DNA of 64,000 nucleotides from an uncultured candidate division Zixibacteria bacterium (GTDB lineage: Bacteria; Zixibacteria; MSB-5A5; RBG-16-43-9): the NCBI GenBank assembly GCA_963713865.1, contig OY970208.1:160001-224000 (forward strand), written 5' to 3'. How positions within the stretch are numbered: position 1 is the stretch's first letter; the number at the start of each line of letters is the position of its first letter. The notes under the pieces were generated by a model. The model made no database searches. It saw only the letters and a program-made list of their open reading frames with translations, and had not been told where the DNA came from. Both the position numbers and the translations under genes were made by a program. Shown piece by piece: positions 20,298 to 30,596 of the stretch.

Positions 20298-21730
20298 TTA
20301 ATATTTAAAAACCAACGCTGCTTGGCTGGCGAGATTGAGGAATGGATTAGGAAATAGACCCACTAAAATGACACCTATGATGCAAATGAGCAGAGCTAAT
20401 TTAATCCCGAAAGGCAAAACGATTTTCTCTGCATTTTCTTTTTTTCGGAAATACATCTCCCTTAAAACACCCACATAGTAATAAAGTGAAATCACACTTG
20501 TTAAAACCGCAATCACCACTAACCAGATTAAATTCTTCTCAATCGCAGAAGCGAAAATAAAATATTTCCCCACAAAACCAGCTAAAGGCGGGATACCAAC
20601 TAAAGATAGAAGAAAAATCATCATAAAAAGCGATAAATAAGGAGAGCTCTGGGAAAGCCCGGCATAATCCTTTATCTCAGAGCTATCGGTTTGAAGCTCA
20701 AAAGCAATAGCCACCACAAAAGCGCCAAGGTTGGCAAAAAGGTAGGCTAATGTATAAAAAGCAACAGAGGAAACCCCTCTTTCTGAAATAGCTACTAAAC
20801 CAACCAAAATATACCCAACCTGAGCGATAGAGGAATAGGCTAACATCCTCTTAATATTAGTCTGAAGCAAAGCGATAATATTTCCGATGATCATACTCAA
20901 AGCTGCTAAAACCATCACTATGGTAACCCAGTCCATACTATAAACCAGAAAAGACCCAAAAAAAACCCTTAAGAAAGCCACCAATCCTGCGGCTTTGGAG
21001 CCAACTGAAAGAAAAGCAGTGATTGGAGTTGGTGCACCCTCATAGACGTTTGGCGCCACATATGAAAAGGGACCAGAGCCAATTTGAATCCGAAACCAGC
21101 GATGAAAAAGATAAAGGAAAGAAATAGCCCGGGACCTATTGGACCTATCTGTATGTAATCCACCATCAATTTGGTCTTAATCCCCTGCAAAAATGTAGTT
21201 CCGGTTATTCCATAGATTAAGCTGATGCCATAGAGCAAAATGGCTGAAGAAATAGCCCCTAATAGCATATATTTTAGTCCCGCTTCTGCGGATTTTTTAT
21301 CTGGTTTTAGATATGCCGATAAGATAAAAAGTGGGATTGTAACCAACTCTAAGGAAACATATAAGAAAATCAGTTCCCTGGCAGAGGATAAAAGCATCAT
21401 CCCTACGGTGGAGATTAAAATCAGTGCGAAGAATTCACCTTTAAAAGCCCTGAATTTAGCTATGAAATCGACTGAAACCGAAATCGCTAAAAACGAGGAT
21501 AAAAGAAAAATCAGTTTGAAGAACTGACTTAAAGAGTCAGAAGAGTAAACTTTGCCAAACATTTCTCCCTGAATGGAAAAGAAAAGCAGAACAATGGTAA
21601 TTACAATCCCTAAAAGTGAAAGGTAACCCAAATTCCTCTTCTTCTCCTCTTTTAAAAAGAAATCTACGCAGAAGATCAAAACTGCCCAGAGGAAAAGAAA
21701 AATTTCAGGAAAGATAGGGATGAAGTACAA
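20298..21730 (-). CDS. nuoN: Complex I subunit N (1-bp frameshift near 21057, probably a sequence error)
   Basis: Two track ORFs join as [22 protein letters not shown] if one G is added to ATGTGGCGCCA. Confidence 0.92.
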
Positions 21731-21787
21731 ATCAACCTCCGAAAGAACAGTTAATGATTATTAGTTCACGATTCATAGTAAAATAAA

Positions 21788-23257
21788 CTAACCGGTTACT
21801 AAATGAATTATATTTTCCAGTGTTACCCGCATAATATCTGCCAGAGGAGAAGGATAAACTCCAACTCCAATCATAAGTATGGCCAGGGGGATGACCGTAA
21901 AAAGCTCTCTGCTATTAATCTCGGTTATCGCTTCCCATTTAGTATTAAGCGTCCCTAAGAACATTTTCTGAATCATTCGCAAGAAGTAAGCTGCGGTTAA
22001 AACCACACCCAAAACTGCAAAGGCAACTATCACTTTAAAAACCGGGAATGCGCCGATAAAGACCATGAATTCGCTTACGAACCCGGATAATCCCGGAAGA
22101 CCCAATGAGCCCATACAGAACAAAGTCATCACTCCGGAATAGACCGGCAGTTTAATCCATAAACCTCCAAAGGCATCTATGTCCCGGGTATGAGCTCTAT
22201 CATATAAAACCCCCACTAATAAGAACAATGCGCCGGTGATAAGTCCGTGCGAGAACATCTGGAAAACACATCCGGAAACGCCGGTAACGGTTAAAGCTGA
22301 AATCCCCAATATGCAGTAACCCATATGACTGACTGAAGAATATGCAACTAATTTCTTTAAATCCTTCTGAGCCATACAGACCAAAGCTCCATAAACTATA
22401 TTGATCAAAGCTAATATGGCTAAAGGAAGAGCATAATAAACAGCCGCCTGGGGGAACATAGGAAGACTTACTCTTAGAAGTCCATAGGTTCCCATTTTCA
22501 ACAAAATCCCGGCAAGGATGACTGAAACTGCAGTCGGTGCCTCAACATGTGCATCCGGAAGCCAGGTATGGAACGGGAAGATTGGAACCTTAATGGCAAA
22601 GGCTAAAAAGAAAGCTACGAAAACTGTAAGTTGAAATCCCCTGCCTAAAAGAGGTGCCTGGGCAATCAGCTCCATCATATCCAGGGTATGAGGCTGGGAG
22701 GTGAAATATAAAGCCAGGATCCCGATGAGCATAAAAACACTGCCGAAAAGGGTATATAAAAAGAACTTGATAGCTGCATATTCTTTTCTGGGTCCACCCC
22801 AGACCCCGATTAGAAAATACATGGGGACCAGCATTATCTCCCAGAAGATATAGAACATAAAGAAATCCAGAGCTGCAAATACCCCCATCATACCGACTTC
22901 TAAGAGTAAGAAAAAGGCGAAATACTCTTTTACCCTGAAATTTATGTTAAAGGAGGCAATTATGGATAAAAAAGATAACAGGGCAGTCAGGAAAAGCATC
23001 GGTACTGAAAGACCATCCGCTCCTAAATGGAAGGTAACCCCCAAGGAGGGTATCCAGTCAAATTTCTCCACAAACTGCATAACCGAAGTGGAGCTGTTGT
23101 AATTTGCTACCAGGAAAAAAGAGAGGATTAAGGGTATGAAAGAAAACAGGGCTGCAGCAAAGCGAATTGCCTGAACCTGTTCCTTCCTTAAAAGAAGCAC
23201 CACTACCATCCCCAACAGAGGGATGAAGACCATAAAGCTCAAGATTGGGAAATTCAT
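21788..23257 (-). CDS. nuoM: Complex I subunit M
   Basis: FWEIMLVPMY, KVPIFPFHTWLPDAHVEAPT, AYSSVSHMG. Confidence 0.96.
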   Translation of the reverse strand: MNFPILSFMVFIPLLGMVVVLLLRKEQVQAIRFAAALFSFIPLILSFFLVANYNSSTSVMQFVEKFDWIPSLGVTFHLGADGLSVPMLFLTALLSFLSIIASFNINFRVKEYFAFFLLLEVGMMGVFAALDFFMFYIFWEIMLVPMYFLIGVWGGPRKEYAAIKFFLYTLFGSVFMLIGILALYFTSQPHTLDMMELIAQAPLLGRGFQLTVFVAFFLAFAIKVPIFPFHTWLPDAHVEAPTAVSVILAGILLKMGTYGLLRVSLPMFPQAAVYYALPLAILALINIVYGALVCMAQKDLKKLVAYSSVSHMGYCILGISALTVTGVSGCVFQMFSHGLITGALFLLVGVLYDRAHTRDIDAFGGLWIKLPVYSGVMTLFCMGSLGLPGLSGFVSEFMVFIGAFPVFKVIVAFAVLGVVLTAAYFLRMIQKMFLGTLNTKWEAITEINSRELFTVIPLAILMIGVGVYPSPLADIMRVTLENIIHLVTG

Positions 23258-23287
23258 TTTATCCTTTTCCTCCTAAATTTATTTTCA

Positions 23288-25213
23288 TTAAAATAACTTC
23301 AAAAGTATGATCAAAACTATCCCGAAAAAGATGATGAAAGCATAGTTCTGTAATTGTCCGGTCTGAACTTTTCTCATACCTGCTCCGGTTCCCCTTACCA
23401 CATATCCTAAACCATTCACTGCCCCATCCACAATGTAGGTATCGAAAAGCTCCCATAACCAGGATAAGAAAACGGTGAAATTACCAACCGAATTCACCAG
23501 CCAGTCGATAACTCCCAGGTCGAATTTCTTGAACAGGAAATCGGTCAGCTTGAATAAAGGTTTTATGATAATGGCATTATAAAGCTCATCGAAATAGTAT
23601 TTGTTATATAAAACTTTATAAATGAAAGAGAATTTATTTTTCAACTTTTCCGGAGAAATAGAACCTTTATAGTACATAAGGTAGGCTAAATATATCCCGG
23701 ATAAAGCTACCAGCGTAGCCACAATCATCAGAATAAAGTTCGGCTCTAAATGATGAACTTCGTGATGATAGACAAAAGATGAATATCCTTTATGCAGCCA
23801 GGGAATACCAACCCAGCCAGCAAAGATGGAAAGGAAAGCTAAAATAACCAAGGGTACGGTCATCACTTTCGGGGATTCATGTGCATGTTCGAATTTATGA
23901 TGATCTCTTGGTTTTCCATAGAAAGTAACAAAACACAAGCGGAACATATAAAATGCAGTCATAAAGGCAACAGCCAGTCCAACTAACATAAAAATAGAAT
24001 ATTTATTCAGTGCCAGGAGTAGTATTTCATCTTTGCTCCAGAATCCGGATAAGGGAAAGATTCCAGCTAAGGATAATGAGCCGATGATAAAGGTTATGGC
24101 AGTAGTTTTCATCTTGGGATAAAGCCCGCCCATCTCCCAGATATCATTGGTATGCATTGCGTGAATAACACTCCCTGCACCCAAGAAAAGTAGTGCTTTA
24201 AACGAAGCATGGGTCATCAGATGAAAAGTCCCTGCAGTATAACCGCCTAAACCCAGAGCCATTATCATATATCCCAACTGGCTTATGGTAGAATAAGCCA
24301 GGACCCTTTTTATGTCGTTTTGCACCAGACCAATAGATGCGGCTAAAAAGGAAGTAAAAGCACCAATGATCGCCACTACCAGAGAGGCAGGAACTGAAAG
24401 CGCATAGATGGTCATTAAGCGGGCTACTAAATAGACACCGGCTGCCACCATCGTTGCCGCATGAATTAAAGCAGAAACTGGAGTAGGACCTTCCATCGCA
24501 TCCGGAAGCCAGACATGCAAGGGGAATTGGGCGGATTTGCCAACTGCCCCTCCGAAGAGCAAAATGGCTGAAAGGGTTAGCAATGTGGAAGAGATGGCAC
24601 CAGATTCTACCTGATGGAATGCTTCCTGAAAATTCAAAGTACCCACTGTGGTGGTTAAGAGGAATATCCCCAGCATAAAAGCCAAATCTCCCGTGCGTGT
24701 GGTTATGAAAGCCTTTTTACCCGCATCTGAGGCACTCTTCTTCTCAAACCAGAACCCGATCAAAAGGTAAGAGGTTAAACCGACTAATTCCCAGAAGATG
24801 AAGATCTCGAAGAAATTGTTAGCTAAAACCAACCCTAACATCGAGAAGGTGAACAAGGATAGGAAAGAGAAATATCTTGAAAATCTGGGGTCACCAGCCA
24901 TATAACCAACAGAGTAAATCTGGACCAGCATCGAGACTATCGTTACCACCATAAGCATTACCGCAGTCAAAGGATCAATCAGCATCCCGGCTTCGACCTT
25001 AAACCCGGGCAGGTCTAACCAGTTGAACTTGAATTCAGAGGTAACCGGATTAGATAAAACCGTGAGCAGAACTATGCAGGAGAAAATAAAGGAAAGGCTG
25101 ACTGCTCCAATGGAGATAAAAGACGATAACCTGGGCTTTTTTATGGTAAAAAAGATGATCAGGGCAAACGAAAGTATCGGGAAAAACGGGATCAACCAGC
25201 TATAGGGTAACAT
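23288..25213 (-). CDS. nuoL: Complex I subunit L
   Basis: GKSAQFPLHVWLPDAMEGPTPVSALIHAATMV, AYSTISQLG, long C-terminal helix. Confidence 0.96.
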   Translation of the reverse strand: MLPYSWLIPFFPILSFALIIFFTIKKPRLSSFISIGAVSLSFIFSCIVLLTVLSNPVTSEFKFNWLDLPGFKVEAGMLIDPLTAVMLMVVTIVSMLVQIYSVGYMAGDPRFSRYFSFLSLFTFSMLGLVLANNFFEIFIFWELVGLTSYLLIGFWFEKKSASDAGKKAFITTRTGDLAFMLGIFLLTTTVGTLNFQEAFHQVESGAISSTLLTLSAILLFGGAVGKSAQFPLHVWLPDAMEGPTPVSALIHAATMVAAGVYLVARLMTIYALSVPASLVVAIIGAFTSFLAASIGLVQNDIKRVLAYSTISQLGYMIMALGLGGYTAGTFHLMTHASFKALLFLGAGSVIHAMHTNDIWEMGGLYPKMKTTAITFIIGSLSLAGIFPLSGFWSKDEILLLALNKYSIFMLVGLAVAFMTAFYMFRLCFVTFYGKPRDHHKFEHAHESPKVMTVPLVILAFLSIFAGWVGIPWLHKGYSSFVYHHEVHHLEPNFILMIVATLVALSGIYLAYLMYYKGSISPEKLKNKFSFIYKVLYNKYYFDELYNAIIIKPLFKLTDFLFKKFDLGVIDWLVNSVGNFTVFLSWLWELFDTYIVDGAVNGLGYVVRGTGAGMRKVQTGQLQNYAFIIFFGIVLIILLKLF

Positions 25214-25229
25214 AAGATTTGATTTCTCC

Positions 25230-25538
25230 TTACCATTTCATTATATTCACTCTATCCACTTCCACACCCTTATACTGTCTGTAGATTAATATGATAATTG
25301 CCAGACCTACTGCCGCTTCAGCCGCTGCAATGGTTATGACGAAGATCGTAAAGACCTGTCCAGCTATTGCCTGAGGATCGATGAACCTGGCAAAAGCGAC
25401 AAAATTTATATTAACTGCATTGAACAAAAGCTCGATTGACATCAAGATTCCGATAGCATTCCTCCGGGTCAGGACCCCGAATATCCCTATGCAGAAAAGG
25501 ATAGCGCTTAAAGCTAAATAATGGTATAAATTAAGCAT
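25230..25538 (-). CDS. nuoK: Complex I subunit K
   Basis: RRNAIGILMSIEL, AAAEAAVGLA. Confidence 0.96.
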   Translation of the reverse strand: MLNLYHYLALSAILFCIGIFGVLTRRNAIGILMSIELLFNAVNINFVAFARFIDPQAIAGQVFTIFVITIAAAEAAVGLAIIILIYRQYKGVEVDRVNIMKW

Positions 25539-25539
25539 C

Positions 25540-26037
25540 TTACTCCTTTCGAGCGATTATTATGGCGCCAATTAAAGCAGCTAACAAGACCAGAGAAACC
25601 ACCTCAAAGGGTAAAACGTAAGTGGTTAAAAGGGCTTTTCCTATGGATACAGTTGACTGTCCTTCAATTCCCTGAGTGCTTATCCTCCAGCTGGTTCTGC
25701 CTAAAACTGAAAGAGTAACAACTAAAAGTGCACCAACGACTAACAGGCCGGGGATAACCTGCTCATTTGATTGCCTTATACCAGGACTATAAAGCTGAGC
25801 CGTTAACATTATGGCAAAGATCAAAAGAACAGTAATCGCTCCAACATAGATCAAGACCTGCACGGCTGCCACAAACTCTGCTGAAAGCAAGATATAAATC
25901 CCGGCAATCGAGAAAAAACACAGGATTAAAAACAGTAGTGAATGAAAAATGTTTTTCAGTGTTACCACCATGAAGGCAGAACCAACGATTAAACCTGAGA
26001 GTACATAGAATACTGCAACCTGAGTGCTACTTTCCAC
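25540..26037 (-). CDS. nuoJ: Complex I subunit J
   Basis: QVLIYVGAI, YVLPFEVVS. Confidence 0.95.
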   Translation of the reverse strand: MESSTQVAVFYVLSGLIVGSAFMVVTLKNIFHSLLFLILCFFSIAGIYILLSAEFVAAVQVLIYVGAITVLLIFAIMLTAQLYSPGIRQSNEQVIPGLLVVGALLVVTLSVLGRTSWRISTQGIEGQSTVSIGKALLTTYVLPFEVVSLVLLAALIGAIIIARKE

Positions 26038-26497
26038 TTTCCACCCACTTTATATATTTGAATCCTTTGCCGATTTCAGTTAGTCTTTCTTTAGTATGTA
26101 TGAGCTTTTTCTTATCATAAACCGAAAACTCGTATTTGGGAATACACTTGATAGCTGAGAAAGGACAGACCTCCTCACAGATACCGCAGTAGATACATAA
26201 CCCGGCTTCAACTACAAATTCATCCGGAACCCTCTTCCCTGTCCCATCTTTAGTTTGGGTTATATAAATTGCCCTGATCGGACAGTTTCGCATGCAGATC
26301 AGGCAGGCAGTGCAGTTCAATTTACCGGTCTCAGGATCAGAAATCAATCCGACCATCCCCCTTGACCTTTCCGGCATAGTCCATCTTTCTTTGGGATATT
26401 GAAGGGTGATAGCTGGTTTGAATAGATACTTGATAGTAACCTTCATCCCCAGGAGAAGATTATATATTCCGTTTACAGTTCTCTTTACGATCCCCAT
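26027..26497 (-). CDS. nuoI: Complex I subunit I (2x[4Fe-4S])
   Basis: TLQYP, CTACLICMRNCP, CIYCGICEEVCP. Confidence 0.95.
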   Translation of the reverse strand: MGIVKRTVNGIYNLLLGMKVTIKYLFKPAITLQYPKERWTMPERSRGMVGLISDPETGKLNCTACLICMRNCPIRAIYITQTKDGTGKRVPDEFVVEAGLCIYCGICEEVCPFSAIKCIPKYEFSVYDKKKLIHTKERLTEIGKGFKYIKWVESGK

Positions 26498-26500
26498 CTT

Positions 26501-27529
26501 TTATGCAAAAAGTCCGGTTAAAATCAGATTAATAAAAGCTAAAGGTAATAAAAACTTCCAGGCAAATCCCATCAATTGATCAACTCTCAGTCGGGGGAAT
26601 GTCCATTTAAACCACATTATCACGAAAACTAAGAAAAAGCTTTTTATGAAAAACCATAACCAGGAAGGAAGAAATGGCCCGTTCCAGCCACCCAAGAAAA
26701 GGGTAGTAGCAATGGCAGATACCAAAAACAGATTGGCATATTCGGCAAAGAAAAACATAGCGAACTTCATCCCGGAATATTCCACGTTGAATCCCGCTAC
26801 TAATTCCTGCTCAGCTTCAGGGATGTCAAAAGGTGTCCGGTTAATCTCTGCAATACCGGCGGTTAGATAGATTAAAAACCCAACTGGCTGTCTCCACAAA
26901 TACCATTCCCAGATATGTTTCTGGGAACTAACAATGGTCTGCATGCTGAGGGATTGAGCTAAAATTATTACTCCTAAAATCGATAAGGTCAGAGGAACTT
27001 CATAACTTATGATCTGAGCTGCAGAACGAAAACCACCTAAGATAGAATATTTATTATTCGAGCTCCAGCCTGCAGTCAAAAGCCCGATAACCGTGAATGT
27101 GGTTATAGCCATTATATAGAGAATCCCTATGTTCAAATCTTTTACTATAAGCCCTTTACCAAAAGGGATACAGATATAAGCCATAAAAGCGGAAACGAAA
27201 ACGATAACCGGCGCTATTAAAAATCCACCTTTATCCGCATTTTCTGGAGTAGTATCTTCCTTCAAGATAAGTTTTATCGCATCTATTACCGTTTGCAGCC
27301 AGCCGTGCCAGCCGGTTCTCATCGGCCCGAACCTGGACTGCATATGACCGGATACTTTCCTTTCCCACCAGACCATAAACAGGACTGACAGAGATATGAA
27401 AGCAATGATTATCCCGGCAACTACAATCATTGAAAGAAGCTCAAGCAGGACTTGCGGTATCCCCCAGTTATAAAAGAGGTTTTCCGCCCAGAGATATATA
27501 CTTTTGAAAAGATTGTCTAACTCAAACAT
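26501..27529 (-). CDS. nuoH: Complex I subunit H
   Basis: ERKVSGHMQSRFGP, NRTPFDIPEAEQELVAG, PRLRVDQL; start set to ATG 27529, downstream of the nuoD stop. Confidence 0.95.
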   Translation of the reverse strand: MFELDNLFKSIYLWAENLFYNWGIPQVLLELLSMIVVAGIIIAFISLSVLFMVWWERKVSGHMQSRFGPMRTGWHGWLQTVIDAIKLILKEDTTPENADKGGFLIAPVIVFVSAFMAYICIPFGKGLIVKDLNIGILYIMAITTFTVIGLLTAGWSSNNKYSILGGFRSAAQIISYEVPLTLSILGVIILAQSLSMQTIVSSQKHIWEWYLWRQPVGFLIYLTAGIAEINRTPFDIPEAEQELVAGFNVEYSGMKFAMFFFAEYANLFLVSAIATTLFLGGWNGPFLPSWLWFFIKSFFLVFVIMWFKWTFPRLRVDQLMGFAWKFLLPLAFINLILTGLFA

Positions 27530-27536
27530 ATATTTT

Positions 27537-28652
27537 TTATCTGTCCACCTCCGGCAAAACCACATCCAGGCTGCCGAATATTGCCACCAGATCAGCTATT
27601 TTCCAGCTGCGGGAGATTATGGGCAAAACAGTTAAATTAGAAAAAGAACCAGTCCTGATTTTAACTCTATAAGGCTTAGACGAGCCATCAGAGACTATAT
27701 AAAAACCCATCTCACCTCTGGGTGCTTCAATTCTCAAATAGATCTCCCCTTCAGGTGGTTTAAATACTGCAGCAGTTTTGGTTTTTACTGGTCCTTCCGG
27801 AATCTTTTCCAGAGCCTGCTGAACTATCTTTGCAGATTCCCTCATCTCCATTATCCTGACCATATACCTATCCCACACATCCGAAGCCTTACCTACAGGT
27901 ATATCGAAATCGAACTTATCATAGATTGAATAAGATTCGTTCTTTCTTAAATCCCATTGTAAACCAGTTCCACGCAGAGAAGGACCGGTTACTCCATTCT
28001 CGATAGCAGTTTTCCGGTCTAATATCCCTATACCTTTTGTCCGGCTCAAAAAGATCGGGTTATTAGTAAGTATATCTTCATATTCATCCACCCTGGGTAT
28101 AAAATATTTAACAAACTCTTTTGCCATAGGGATAAATTCTGGTGTGATATCCCTGGAAACCCCCCCTATCCGCATATAATTATAGGTCAACCTCTGCCCA
28201 CAGGTCATCTCAAAAAGGTCCAGGACCTTCTCCCTTTCCCGGAAACAATAGAGGAATGGGGTTATGGCGCCTAAGTCTAAGGAGAAAGTTCCCAGCCAGA
28301 TCAAATGGCTGGCTATTCTGTTTAACTCCACCATTATTACCCTTATATATTCAGCCCTTTCCGGCACTGGAACATTCGCCAGCTTCTCCACCGTCATCAC
28401 AAAACCCTGATTGCAGAACATCGAACAGGAATAGTCTATCCTGTCAGTATAAGGTATGTACTGCAAATAAGTCCTGTTTTCCGCAATCTTCTCTAAGGAG
28501 CGATGCAGATAACCGATATGGGGAACCATATCTAAAACCACTTCTCCATCCATCTTCAGAAGAAGACGCAATACCCCGTGGGTGCTGGGATGCTGGGGTC
28601 CCATATTCACGAAGAACTCTTCAGTATATATTTCTGAAACCTGATCGTTCAT
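27537..28652 (-). CDS. nuoD: Complex I subunit D
   Basis: [30 protein letters not shown] end; no NiFe CxxC motifs. Confidence 0.96.
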   Translation of the reverse strand: MNDQVSEIYTEEFFVNMGPQHPSTHGVLRLLLKMDGEVVLDMVPHIGYLHRSLEKIAENRTYLQYIPYTDRIDYSCSMFCNQGFVMTVEKLANVPVPERAEYIRVIMVELNRIASHLIWLGTFSLDLGAITPFLYCFREREKVLDLFEMTCGQRLTYNYMRIGGVSRDITPEFIPMAKEFVKYFIPRVDEYEDILTNNPIFLSRTKGIGILDRKTAIENGVTGPSLRGTGLQWDLRKNESYSIYDKFDFDIPVGKASDVWDRYMVRIMEMRESAKIVQQALEKIPEGPVKTKTAAVFKPPEGEIYLRIEAPRGEMGFYIVSDGSSKPYRVKIRTGSFSNLTVLPIISRSWKIADLVAIFGSLDVVLPEVDR

Positions 28653-29121
28653 TTCAAATCCGGCATTTTTATAAAATCTTTTCCAGTCCAGTCTTTTCTC
28701 AAAGGATAACCCTCATCCCACCCCTCAGGCAAAAGCAAAGGTCTGGGGTCAGGATGGTTTTTGAATTTTATTCCAAAAAGTTCGGCTGTCTCTCTCTCAT
28801 ACCAGTTGCGCCTGGAAACACTGGAGTTAAAGAGTCAATTTCAGGATTCTCTTTGGACAAAGGGACTTTGAAACTCATTTTATGTTTTTGAGTAAAGGAG
28901 AAGAAAATATAAATCATCTCAAACCTGTCCGGATAATCCGCACCAAACATACAGGATAACAGGTCAAAAGAGAGTTCCTTAGAATCTCTAATATATCTGC
29001 AAAATTCCAGTAGAATGTCTTTTTCCACAATAAATGAAGGCTCAAAACCAGCTATCCTGGCATCTTTTAACTTATCCGGAAATCTATCTGTTATAATTTT
29101 TTTGATATTTTCTGGAGTCAT
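28649..29121 (-). CDS. nuoC: Complex I subunit C (1-bp frameshift near 28807)
   Basis: Adding one base after GGCGC restores [41 protein letters not shown] and an ATGA overlap with nuoD. Confidence 0.92.
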
Positions 29122-29150
29122 TTCCTACGGATCCGTTTTAGGATATTTTT

Positions 29151-29657
29151 TTATGCCCAATCTTTGATCTTCTGGGTTTTAATCTTCTCCTGCAGTTTGA
29201 TACACCCCTCTAATAAAGATTCGGGACGAGGAGGACATCCTGGTATATAGACATCAACCGGGATAATATGGTCAACCCCTTTTTCCACGCTGTAGCAGTC
29301 ATAATGAAAGGGTCCGCCGGTTATCAGACACCCGCCCATTGCAATGACATACTTAGGCTCCGGCATCTGGTCATAAAGCCTTTTCACTCTGGGAGCCATC
29401 TTCTTGGTCAAAGTCCCTGCCACAATCATCAAATCCGACTGCCTGGGTGAAGCTCTAAAGAACATCCCGAACCGGTCGAAATCATACCTTGATGCACCTG
29501 TAGCCATAAGCTCGACTGCACAGCAGGCTAATCCAAATAAAAGATACCACATCGAGCTGGCACGCGCATAATTGAACACATCATCTAAGGTAGTGGTAAT
29601 GATTGCACCACCAGGCAATTTCTCCACATAAACCGGGACTTTGTTCATCACACCCAT
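29151..29657 (-). CDS. nuoB: Complex I subunit B
   Basis: [30 protein letters not shown]. Confidence 0.95.
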   Translation of the reverse strand: MGVMNKVPVYVEKLPGGAIITTTLDDVFNYARASSMWYLLFGLACCAVELMATGASRYDFDRFGMFFRASPRQSDLMIVAGTLTKKMAPRVKRLYDQMPEPKYVIAMGGCLITGGPFHYDCYSVEKGVDHIIPVDVYIPGCPPRPESLLEGCIKLQEKIKTQKIKDWA

Positions 29658-30005
29658 TTCAAAGCTCCTTTTTTCCAGAACATAAACCAGACCGAATAAC
29701 AAAATGGCAATGAAAATCAACATCTCAATAAAAGCATAAAACCCCAAGCTTTTATAGACCACTGCCCAGGGGAAAAGAAATACCACTTCAACGTCGAAGA
29801 TTACAAAGATTATGGCAAAAAGGTAATACCGGACATTGAACTGCACCCACCCCTGCCCGATAGGTATTTCCCCGCATTCATAATTTGCCTTTTTGGTAGG
29901 ATTAGGTTTATACGGGGCAATAAGTTTAGCCAGAAAGAAGACAAAAAAAACAAATATAACCCCGATTACAAAAAAAAGTCCCACGTAGGCATAATCACCT
30001 GGCAT
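29648..30005 (-). CDS. nuoA: Complex I subunit A (extra base near 29679 fuses it artificially to nuoB)
   Basis: [17 protein letters not shown]; removing one T from GTTCTGG gives the canonical end [11 protein letters not shown]. Confidence 0.92.
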
Positions 30006-30060
30006 ATTATTTATGGTCTGAAATTAAGAAAATTTATTTTAAAACCGTTTTCACCCAAGC

Positions 30061-30078
30061 AAGTGAAATCCTTCACAA
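30061..30078. promoter_or_regulatory. Rex-like operator upstream of nuoA
   Basis: AAGTGAA-ATCC-TTCACAA against Rex consensus TTGTGAA-N4-TTCACAA (12 of 14 defined positions); downstream of a minus-strand TTGACA at 30115-30120. Confidence 0.65.
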
Positions 30079-30165
30079 GTAAATTTCCCTATAAAAAACA
30101 CCTGAAATTTGTTTTGTCAAGTTATTTTTAAAAAAAATCTGTATTCTGCAATCTGTCGTATACAG

Positions 30166-30385
30166 GTAGGGGCAGGTTTCAAACCTGCCTTTACAAATTG
30201 GTATTCCCGCCTTGTCCGCTCCGATTTTAGATCCGCAGGAAAGGCGGGTTTATTACCCATGTTGGGGGCAACATAGGTTTACCGATTTATTGCAGGTGTT
30301 CGATTTATCGAAACCTCCTCTCCTTTGTAGCGTCGAGCTTTACGCCCGACGATGTTGTAGGGACAGAACAGTGTTCTGTCCGTAT
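30166..30385. repeat. REP-like palindrome cluster
   Basis: GTAGGGGCAGGTTTCAAACCTGCC, ACCCATGTTGGGGGCAACATAGG, GTAGCGTCGAGCTTTACGCCCGACG, GTAGGGACAGAACAGTGTTCTGTCCC. Confidence 0.75.
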
Positions 30386-30596
30386 TTTGCAAAACCCACA
30401 TTTTCATTGACAAAAAATAAGAAAATATTATCTTACTTTTGAAACGAGATTTTAAATAACTCATTCACAGCAGTCGATAAAAGCTTTACGACCCGTAGGG
30501 ATAGAGCAGATTAAGCAGATTTCAAAACTGAAATCAGCTTAATCCCAATAATCAGCTGTGAGGTAATTTTTAACCCTTAACCCCCAAGAGGGCAAC

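Noticed and set aside
27537-29657. Group 4 NiFe hydrogenase
   Set aside because: The large subunit lacks both CxxC motifs and has typical NuoD signatures.
29151-30005. Apparent NuoA-NuoB fusion protein
   Set aside because: Removing one base at about 29679 restores the canonical NuoA end (WKKGALKWV*) and a separate overlapping nuoB start; the site has the same CCAGAAC context as three other frameshifts.
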